NCBI GenBank assembly: GCA_038200765.1 | Contig: JBBRRK010000001.1 | Coordinates: forward strand, 8,975 to 72,974 | Length of the DNA: 64,000 bases | Direction: 5' to 3' | Source of the DNA: Nitrospirales bacterium | GTDB lineage: Bacteria; Nitrospirota; Nitrospiria; Nitrospirales; Nitrospiraceae | Shown: positions 57,074 to 64,000 of the stretch, piece after piece | How the letters are laid out: every line of letters begins with the position of its first letter | How positions within the stretch are numbered: the stretch's first letter is position 1 | Made by a program: the position numbers and the translations under genes | Notes under the pieces: generated by a model | What the model was told of the DNA's origin: nothing | The model's input: the letters and a program-made list of their open reading frames with translations, nothing else | The model's database searches: none

Positions 57074-57220
57074 AATAGCTCCCTCCAAGCAAAATTTAAA
57101 GAGTCAGCCCCACAGGCGCCTTCCATGAATCTCGGTGCCACAAGCAGTCACGTGGTCGCCGGGTATTTCGCGCGATAGTGGCGAACCATGAATGCAGAAC
57201 CTCGGGGAGGAAGGGCAACG

Positions 57221-58270
57221 TCACGCACTCACCCCTGTGGGTCTCGCTGCGTGATCAGCCATTAACGTGTCGGCCGCCTTTCGGCCAGACAGCAGGGCCC
57301 CATCTAAGGTTCCGGTCTCACAGTAATCGCCGCACGGGTACAGACCTGCGGTCAGTCGTGGAGACGCCCCTCCTTCATGCGCGGGAAGCACGTCGACCGG
57401 AGGCAGCGCGCGGAGGATTCGATCGGTCCGGAGATGGCGCCATGCGTCGACGAGAGGACCAAATCAGGCGCGGAGAGACCTCCGTACTGCCTGCGGGAGA
57501 TCATCGTCTACTCTGTCCAATCGATCAGAGAGGCTGATGGAAACCAACGCTTGCCCCGGTGGCGCATAAGAGAGAGCCGCTTCGCTCAACACACACAGCG
57601 TCCTGATCGGACCCTCTGCGTCACCGTTCAATATCAACCAGGGACCGCGTAACGGAGGAGTGGGCGCATCGAAATACAGACAGGTCGCCTCTCGTGACGC
57701 CCCAGAAGGCGGGCTCTCGCTACGTAGTCGAGCCGCAGTCGTGTAATCGGTCGCGATGACCAGGGCATCGCCAACAAGGCGTTCGCCGGACTCCAGCACG
57801 ATACTGGCCCCCTCAATCCGGTTCACGGGTGCGCATAATCGGATCATCCCTGCAGGCAAGGCTTGGGCAAGTTGATGAGCAATGGCCCCCATCCCGTCTC
57901 GTGGAAGCGCCACTGCCCAGCGGGAGAAGGCAGCCCAGACGAATTCAAAGATCCAGGAGGGCGTCGAAGGGGATCACTGAGGCGGTGAAAGCGCCCGGCA
58001 TAGCGAATGACTGCGCCAGTATGGAAGAGCCGAAGATCCAGCGAGGGATAGTCCAGAGTCTGTCGAGCTTCAGGGTACCCGGTAAGAAAGACCTGGAATC
58101 CGCGATCAAGCTGGAATCCCTCCACGCGATCAGTCCGAACTCGCCCCCCCCACATCGTCAGAGCCTTCAAGGACCGTACACGCGATGCCGGACTGCATCA
58201 AGCGGCGCGCACAGGCAAGCCCCGCCAGACCGGCACCGATGATCAACACTCGAGGAACGGTAGACAGCAT
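57221..58270 (-). pseudogene. FAD/NAD(P)-binding amine-oxidase-type oxidoreductase, multiply frameshifted
   Basis: Dinucleotide motif VLIIGAGLAGLACARRL. The pieces lie in three frames (58130-58330, 57844-58170, 57464-57913, plus a tail ..GLYPCGDYCETGTLDGALLSGRKAA). The first shift is at a G8 run. Confidence 0.7.
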
Positions 58271-58412
58271 CATGTAATTGTAGTGGGTAGGATGAGGAAA
58301 TGAAATCATGCGATACGGGGAGCACCGCACGTTTCTTCAGCCTACTCGACGCCGGAAGAAGAGCGCAAGCGGTCGCCTCGGCACAATGGTGGAGCAAGTT
58401 CGTGTATTTCTT

Positions 58413-58592
58413 TCAGCGAACGGCGTCCCGGCTTTCCTCATTCATCCCCTTTCCCTCATCACGTTTGATAATTTTGGTGGTGGAATCTTTCTTGCCCGCC
58501 TCTCGCTTCGGAGTTGAAGGATCGCTGGAGGTCGCGCAGCCGGTCACAATAAACAAGAGCACAGAGAGGACTACCACCGTCACAATGGACAT
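58413..58592 (-). CDS. small lipoprotein (59 aa)
   Basis: MSIVTVVVLSVLLFIVTGC lipobox. AAGGAG 6 nt upstream. Below the ORF-track cutoff. Confidence 0.5.
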   Translation of the reverse strand: MSIVTVVVLSVLLFIVTGCATSSDPSTPKREAGKKDSTTKIIKRDEGKGMNEESRDAVR

Positions 58593-58636
58593 GGGATCTC
58601 CTTCATTCTATGTGTGCGCGATGAACCGAAATAATC

Positions 58637-58744
58637 TCATCCTCGGCATAGCCGCCGCCGCTCCACATCCCGCTCATCAGCCAGCGCTGACTGAACAGGC
58701 GAACCGTCTTTGAGATTCTCATTGGCAGGAAATGTCAGACTCAT
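58637..58744 (-). pseudogene. GNAT N-terminal stump (paralogue of 56177-56728)
   Basis: MSLTFPANENLKDGSPVQSALADERDVE.. parallels MSLSFPVDATLKDGSPVQLVLADERGVE. It stops after 35 codons. Confidence 0.55.
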
Positions 58745-58873
58745 TGGCTAAGCCTTCACCCCCGTGAATTCAACCAGCCCGTCTCTTTATGGTTCCAAGT
58801 TGAACTGGTTCACGACAGCACTTCTAACATCGTACGCTTGACAAACATCTCATGTTGAGATGCTTTGAACCTG

Positions 58874-59221
58874 GTGCACATCATGACGCGAAAACGGTTG
58901 ATGGAGTTTGCGCCGACGCATCCGGACGCACGAGCCCTATTGAACGCCTGGTTCACCATCGTTTGGAAGACCGACTATGCTTCCTTCGCCAATCTGCGGG
59001 TAGCCTTTCCATCCGCCGATCAGGTGGGCCAATTTACCGTCTTTAACATCGGGAACAACAATTTCCGACTGATCGCGGCCATCCATGACAACCGGAAGAA
59101 AATGTACATTCGGCGCGTGCTCACGCACGCAGAGTACGACCGAGGCGCCTGGAGGATCTGTTTCATGCTCGCCAAATATATCCATGACGTGAATGCCGAC
59201 TATCGCCGTATTCGGCAATGA
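58874..59221 (+). CDS. higB: type II toxin HigB family
   Basis: (V)HIMTRKRLMEFAPTHPDA...FPSADQVGQFTVFNIGNNNFRLIAAIHDNRKKMYIRRVLTHAEYD. Start is either GTG 58874 or ATG 58883. Confidence 0.75.
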   Translation: MHIMTRKRLMEFAPTHPDARALLNAWFTIVWKTDYASFANLRVAFPSADQVGQFTVFNIGNNNFRLIAAIHDNRKKMYIRRVLTHAEYDRGAWRICFMLAKYIHDVNADYRRIRQ

Positions 59222-59227
59222 ATCCCC

Positions 59228-59635
59228 TTGGGCCCGTTACATACCAAGACGGAATACGACCAAGCCGTGGCTGTGCTCGACGACATTCTGGACGAAATTG
59301 GTCAACAGGAAACCCATCCCCTCGCCGACCTGGCTGAGACGTTAGCCCTTTCCATCGAAGCTTACCAAGACACCCATATCGCCATACCGACCGCCTCCGG
59401 CCCTGCGATTCTACGCAGCCTACTGGAGGAGCATGACCTCGCGCAATCCCACCTGCCAGAGATCGGCAACCAGGGCGTGGTGTCAGAGATCTTAGCAGGC
59501 AAGCGCGACCTGAACGTCCGCCAAATCGCCCAGCTCGCCGAACGGTTCGGCGTCTCGCCTGCGGTATTCATGCCGATCTCCACCAAAACACGCACACTTC
59601 TTCCGATGAAGACTCGGAAAACGCACCGAAGATAG
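59228..59635 (+). CDS. higA: HigA-type HTH antitoxin
   Basis: TKTEYDQAVAVLDDILD...VVSEILAGKRDLNVRQIAQLAERFGVSPAVFM. TTG start. An ATG at 59218 in another frame overlaps the higB stop, so a frameshift in the CCCC run is possible. Confidence 0.7.
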   Translation: MGPLHTKTEYDQAVAVLDDILDEIGQQETHPLADLAETLALSIEAYQDTHIAIPTASGPAILRSLLEEHDLAQSHLPEIGNQGVVSEILAGKRDLNVRQIAQLAERFGVSPAVFMPISTKTRTLLPMKTRKTHRR

Positions 59636-59653
59636 CCCGTCGCCTATTTCATC

Positions 59654-59690
59654 GGAGAGAACAAAGGGATCTAACCCCTTTGTTCTCTCC
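59654..59690. repeat. F4 hairpin (a)
   Basis: GGAGAGAACAAAGGG-ATCTAAC-CCCTTTGTTCTCTCC, a perfect 15-bp stem. Confidence 0.8.
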
Positions 59691-59742
59691 ACAGTCTGGC
59701 CAACGCACTCCTTCTTGTGGTAGTGCGCATGTTCGTTGAGAA

Positions 59743-60036
59743 TCATGGCTGGATCTGTTGGCAGTGCATTTCCCCCTGCCGATCATGAATCACGACGGCG
59801 AGGGGCAACGTCACTTGGGTATATGTCGGCCCGTCTGGCTCAACATCCACGGTACACGGCCCGACACAGGGAGTCTTGAACGGTGTCCCCGCACAGGGGG
59901 GAATCGTCCACTCGGTGCAGCCGCCGATCGCCAGTACCAGGAGCACGAGTCCCCACACCGAAACGTTCCCCAACCCATAGGATGTGACGAAGCACGGCAC
60001 GGCAACGCGACGATAGGGACGAATCGAGAAGGGCAT
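59743..60036 (-). CDS. hypothetical lipoprotein
   Basis: 97 aa. Lipobox VLAIGGC. Cys/Pro-rich mature part. Confidence 0.45.
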   Translation of the reverse strand: MPFSIRPYRRVAVPCFVTSYGLGNVSVWGLVLLVLAIGGCTEWTIPPCAGTPFKTPCVGPCTVDVEPDGPTYTQVTLPLAVVIHDRQGEMHCQQIQP

Positions 60037-60306
60037 AGGGGCCTCGAAGATTCGGTCAGAACCTCACCAGGGAGGCGTATTGTAGGATGAAGGCGAAGGA
60101 CGGCGCAAGGGTCGGAAGGGATTCAGTAACAATACGTCGAACACCAAGAATGTAGGCATAGGCGCTGGAGGTGATGGGCCAGGCGTTTCTTTAAATTTTG
60201 GGCTTTAGCGATTCCTCAAGCGCTTCATATTTAAAAATTCTCTCAAGCAATGGTTTCGTTATCCCGCCAAGTTCTCCAATTGCGTATTTCTTAATATCAT
60301 CTAAAT

Positions 60307-60340
60307 GAAACAAAGAGGTCAGACCCATTTGTTCTTCTCT
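60307..60340. repeat. F4 hairpin (c), degenerate and inverted
   Basis: The reverse complement, AGAAGAACAAATGGGTCTGACCTCTTTGTTTC, parallels F4 a and b. Confidence 0.45.
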
Positions 60341-60398
60341 TATAACATAGCTCCCTCCAAGTTTGCGTCTTTACCCTCCTCCGGAAAGGCCCCCGTAA

Positions 60399-60530
60399 TC
60401 AGGCCTGTCTGCGGCCTTCGAACAAGCAGTGCTGTTTATTTAGCCCTTCCACATCCCACTCATCGACCAGTACTACCTGATCGGATAGATCCTCTTTGAG
60501 TTTCGCATCGACAGGAAATGGCAGACTCAT
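60399..60530 (-). pseudogene. GNAT N-terminal stump (second paralogue remnant)
   Basis: MSLPFPVDAKLKEDLSDQVVLVDEWDVEG.., followed by unrelated sequence and a stop. Confidence 0.5.
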
Positions 60531-60572
60531 TGGCTCGGCCGTCGTTTAAATAAGTCAGCACTTTCTTGGCTT

Positions 60573-61130
60573 TCAACGCATGGATACGAGCGCGGTCGAT
60601 CTCCGCGCCTTTTTTGCCCTGAGTTCGACATTGGGGATGAGATTCGACGGGTGCTCAGTGCCTTCTGCTTCCAATCTTCCAAATCCCTCCGACCAAGCCG
60701 CACCCACCACACGAACCATCGATTCTCGAAGAGGGACGTTTTCGTTGAACATCTTCGAATACGCATTGCGCATCTGGCCTTGAAATTCAGGCTGACGATC
60801 CGGAGGTATCCCTGCAAGCGTGGCGAGGGACACCAGATTTTCGCCAGACCCCTGCGCAATATCTGCGCGCAGGTTTTCGTATGAATAGCTCGCAAAAATT
60901 TCGGTTTTCTGTCTAGCTTTCAAGAGATCATTGCTGTTGAATGCCCCCGGCGTTGTACTCGACGTAACTTCCGTCAATGGGTCAAGAAACTCACCCGCTG
61001 CTTTCGACGTGCCGTCGGTGAGTGCCGTCGTCGCATCGAAGGGAGCTTTTGTCAGTTCGAAAGTTGCGTCAGTCATACAGCCGGACAATATCAACATTCC
61101 AAGAACCAGCCCCCCAAAGTATCTATTCAT
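60573..61130 (-). CDS. DUF3015-like lipoprotein
   Basis: Signal peptide plus lipobox MLILSGC from ATG 61130, with a GGAGG RBS. NLRADIAQGSGENLVSLATLAGIPPDRQPEF pattern recalled as DUF3015. Confidence 0.55.
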   Translation of the reverse strand: MNRYFGGLVLGMLILSGCMTDATFELTKAPFDATTALTDGTSKAAGEFLDPLTEVTSSTTPGAFNSNDLLKARQKTEIFASYSYENLRADIAQGSGENLVSLATLAGIPPDRQPEFQGQMRNAYSKMFNENVPLRESMVRVVGAAWSEGFGRLEAEGTEHPSNLIPNVELRAKKARRSTALVSMR

Positions 61131-61236
61131 AACGTTTCCTCCATTAATATGTAATATGTTCAGTCGTTTATTTTCGTATTCAGTTGATCTCAATATACCA
61201 ATATTTCTCTTGCCCTTCGCCTAGGAAAAACCATAG

Positions 61237-61690
61237 GTGTGTGGATGTGGCCATGACGACTCTCAGTTCGAGACAATTCACAAAAGATCGGGCCATGGCG
61301 GGTCCGCAAGGACTGGGACCACCCTGCATCGTTCAAAGGGTTCGATCCAAGACTGGTTCGCGGCTGCCTCCCACGTCTCCACGGTTACGCCGGGCATCAG
61401 CGCGCTTCAACTTCAGCGACAGCTGGGTCTTCGGAGTCATGACACGGCCTGGTACCGGCTTCACCGTCTTCGCACGGGAATGGGTCTGATGCCAGATCGC
61501 AGCGTGCCGGATTGATCGAAGCTGATGAGCCGTTCCTCGGTGGACCTGCACAAGGCAAAACAAGCCGGGGAGTGGCCAACGCCGCGCATAACAGCATTGT
61601 TGCGGGGCCGTGGAGGGTCTTGTCGATCAGGACAAGCAGGGGACGCGACGCGAGCGTGACCGGAGGCTCCGGCTCACGCTGATCACAGGA
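61237..61690 (+). mobile_element. IS1595-family transposase fragment (internal part, frameshifted)
   Basis: WFAAASHVSTVTPGISALQLQRQLGLRSHDTAWYRLHRLR, then in another frame LIEADEPFLGGPAQGK. Lacks the N-terminal Zn-ribbon and the C-terminus. Confidence 0.6.
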
Positions 61691-61723
61691 AAATCAAAGG
61701 CGTCTGACCCCTTTGATTTTTCC
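61688..61723. repeat. F4 hairpin (b)
   Basis: AGGAAAATCAAAGG-CGTCTGAC-CCCTTTGATTTTTCCT. Confidence 0.75.
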
Positions 61724-61844
61724 TTTCCTCGTGATCCGTACCACCGCACGGGTCTGAGACCTCGCACGGGGTCCTTTCCCCCGATGATGAGACCCTCCGG
61801 TCTCCTGCGCAACCATTGCGAGTCGCCCGCGACTGGCCCTGCCA

Positions 61845-62219
61845 CTAGAGCGTCTCGGGAATCCGCACCTGAGCCGCAATCGCATCCAGCAACGTTTGAG
61901 GGTGGAACGGCTTCCTCAGGCAGTCATGGGCGCCCAAAAGCTTTACGATGTGGAGATAATCCCGTTCCCCCTCGCCGCCTGATATCGCAATGATCTTGCA
62001 GGCAGGTCGGGTCTTGCGAAGCTGTTGGGTGACTTCCAAGCCGTCCATCTCTGGCATGAAGATGTCCACGAGGACCAGATCCACGACTTGATGCTCCAAG
62101 AGACGGAAGGCGATTTTCCCACTCTCGGCGGTCAGGACATGATGCCCTGCTTGTTGAAGCATGGCCTGGAGGATCAGTCGCACCCCATCGTCGTTATCAA
62201 TGAGCAGGATCGTGGCCAT
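61845..62219 (-). CDS. single-domain response regulator (CheY-like receiver)
   Basis: 124 aa. ILLIDNDD and DLVLVDIFMPEMDG. Confidence 0.85.
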   Translation of the reverse strand: MATILLIDNDDGVRLILQAMLQQAGHHVLTAESGKIAFRLLEHQVVDLVLVDIFMPEMDGLEVTQQLRKTRPACKIIAISGGEGERDYLHIVKLLGAHDCLRKPFHPQTLLDAIAAQVRIPETL

Positions 62220-62490
62220 CAGCTCTCAGAACCCTTCTCGGCCTCCTCGCCCACGGTGCCATGCAGATCAGGTGCGTCGGTTAGGGATGAGCTGGGAGGG
62301 AAGGCTGTCAATCGGAATGAGAGGCCGCTGCTTTTTCTGGAAGCTCTCAAGTTTAGTCACCCCCTGTATGCGATCCATAAACCAGATCCCTAGCTCTTAG
62401 AAGTATCGATTAGAAATGAGGAAAGCGGTATCGGCGCTGAGCGGTACCTGCGGGTGTTTTTCAGCGGTATTCAAATACCGCCGAAAAGAG

Positions 62491-63150
62491 CTAGTCTGGA
62501 TGGTGTTTGGCGAACATAACGGCGGCTTGCGCGCGGCGGGTGACTTGAAGCTTCTCAAAGATGTTGGACAGGTAACTTTTGATGGTCTTGTCGCTCAGGC
62601 CAAGGGCATCGGCAATTTCCTTGTTGGTCTTCCCGTCAGCCACCAACGGCAAGATCCGCCGTTCTTGGGGAGACAATGTTGTGCTTTTACCGTTGGTGTC
62701 CATGGTCGAAAGGGATCGCATGCGAGCGAGCACAGGTCCAGTCACGGCTGGATCGAGAATAGAATGCCCCTCGGCTACGGCTTGAATGGCGTGAACCAGT
62801 GCTGTTCCCCCGATCGTTTTCAGGAGGTACCCTTTGGCGCCCGCAAACGTCGTCGCCAGCACCGCATTCTCATCCGCAAAAGAAGTGAGAAAGACGACAT
62901 GGGTGTCGGGACATGTTTCCAGAATTTCTCGGCATGCTTCAATGCCACTGCCATCGGGCAAGCGGAGGTCGAGCAGGACAATGGCAGGTTGGAGACGGAT
63001 TGCCTCGGCAACAGCGGAGGCGACGGAGTCAGCTTCGCCGACAACCTGAACCGTGCCGGCTCTGCGAAACAACGTATCCAGGCCCATGCGGACGACCTCA
63101 TGGTCGTCCACGAGCAGCAAACGGATCGGTTGAACTGCTTGCTCTAGCAT
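62491..63150 (-). CDS. NarL/LuxR-family response regulator
   Basis: Receiver LLLVDDHEVV and LuxR HTH LSPQERRILPLVADGKTNKEIADALGLSDKTIKSY. Confidence 0.9.
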   Translation of the reverse strand: MLEQAVQPIRLLLVDDHEVVRMGLDTLFRRAGTVQVVGEADSVASAVAEAIRLQPAIVLLDLRLPDGSGIEACREILETCPDTHVVFLTSFADENAVLATTFAGAKGYLLKTIGGTALVHAIQAVAEGHSILDPAVTGPVLARMRSLSTMDTNGKSTTLSPQERRILPLVADGKTNKEIADALGLSDKTIKSYLSNIFEKLQVTRRAQAAVMFAKHHPD

Positions 63151-63151
63151 G

Positions 63152-64000
63152 CTAATCCTCTAGCGGGAGTTCGACGAGAATTTGAACTCCAGACCCAGGT
63201 TTTGAGGTTATCTGTAGCTGCGCACCAAGTTTTTGAGCACGCGCAGTCATATTCTGTAACCCGTTTCCCTGTCCGACTGTTTTTTCACTGTTGAACCCGA
63301 CACCGTCGTCTTTGATCTCAAGGTGAATTTGTCCGCGCTGCATCTGCAGAGAGACGAGACCGCTTCGGCCTTTAGAATGGCGAAGGCTGTTACTCATCCC
63401 CTCTTGCACAATGTGAAGGATATGAAACGCTTCCAGGGGAGTCAACCGCTGAGCTGCCTCCGGAGCCAGATCGAGAGAAAAATGAATCCCCTGCGAACTT
63501 CCCATGGTCATGGCCAGCTCGGTCAGCTTCGCACAGAACTGTTGCCCGCTGATCTCCTCATGCTTGTCCCACACGATATAAACCCGCACGTCTGAAATAA
63601 CTCTGTTTAAGCTGGCGACGGCATGCTCTAGCTTCTTGTCGGCCTCCCGATGATCTTCGTGAAAGAGATAGCGACATTCCTCAAGACTCATGCCAATCGC
63701 ATAGATGGTTTGGATGATATTGTCGTGGAGGTCCTGGGAGAGCTGCTCCCGCTCTTCGAGCACTTTGCGAAGCTGTTCTTCACTCTTTCGCAGTGCCTCC
63801 TCCGCCTGTCTGCGCTCGGTGATGTCCACCATGATGCCCCGTAGGATTGCGGGACCCAGTTCGTCGAGCTCCACGGTCACAGTGTCCTGGAGCCACAGGG
63901 TTCGCCCATCGGCGGCGATCATCCGGTATTCGAACGAGTACTTGCGTTTATCCCGTGAAGCTGCGAGACAATATTCCATCACCCAGTCTCGATCGTCAGG
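63152..64000 (-). CDS. sensor histidine kinase (PAS, HisKA_3, HATPase_c), 5' end outside the window
   Basis: PAS tail ..GIMVDITERRQAEEAL, H-box LHDNIIQTIY, GNGLQNM. The stop lies 1 nt before the response-regulator start. Confidence 0.85.
   Translation of the reverse strand, partial: PDDRDWVMEYCLAASRDKRKYSFEYRMIAADGRTLWLQDTVTVELDELGPAILRGIMVDITERRQAEEALRKSEEQLRKVLEEREQLSQDLHDNIIQTIYAIGMSLEECRYLFHEDHREADKKLEHAVASLNRVISDVRVYIVWDKHEEISGQQFCAKLTELAMTMGSSQGIHFSLDLAPEAAQRLTPLEAFHILHIVQEGMSNSLRHSKGRSGLVSLQMQRGQIHLEIKDDGVGFNSEKTVGQGNGLQNMTARAQKLGAQLQITSKPGSGVQILVELPLED

Noticed and set aside
54780-61850. Integron-like cassette array or CALIN, suggested by small cassette-type genes (GNAT, TA pairs, lipoproteins) and hairpins at gene ends
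   Set aside because: There is no intI. Gene orientations are mixed. The F4 hairpins lack the RYYYAAC/GTTRRRY attC core sites, and there is no regular ORF-attC periodicity.

Overview
High-GC chromosomal window (about 55-65% GC in most lines I sampled by eye). Gene content suggests a Nitrospira-like (Nitrospirota) chemolithoautotroph; this is inference.

Core genes:
- a five-gene 2-oxoacid:ferredoxin oxidoreductase operon of the Hydrogenobacter/Nitrospira reverse-TCA type (33.8-37.7 kb)
- a two-subunit biotin-dependent pyruvate/2-oxoglutarate carboxylase (22.3-25.7 kb)
- SthA, Tpx, and the thiamine-salvage genes thiD, tenA and yjbQ
- a complete Pup/UBact-proteasome cluster, mpa-dop-ubact-prcB-prcA-pafA (39.5-46.3 kb), preceded by htrA
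- one tRNA-Asn

I saw no rRNA, CRISPR array, intact transposase, integrase or phage genes.

The window is crowded with short dispersed repeats. I separate five families:
- F1: palindromic MITE-like element of about 125 or 205 bp, 6 copies
- F2: element of about 190 bp with terminal inverted repeats, 3-4 copies
- F3: palindromic unit of about 95-130 bp, 3 copies
- F4: hairpin, 3 copies
- F5: GTGAAAC/GTTTCAC heptad arrays, 5 sites

Main observations:
- One F1 copy sits exactly between a CHASE2 membrane-sensor ORF and a sensor-less sigma54 activator ORF. Deleting 202 nt in silico fuses them into one ORF.
- Another F1 copy is nested inside an F2 copy.
- Two lower-GC accessory islets (14.6-18.1 kb and 54.8-61.8 kb) carry toxin-antitoxin-like pairs, orphan proteins, GNAT paralogue stumps, IS1595 relics and several multiply disrupted genes.

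All domain calls come from motif recognition by eye, not from database searches. Repeat boundaries are approximate to a few nt.
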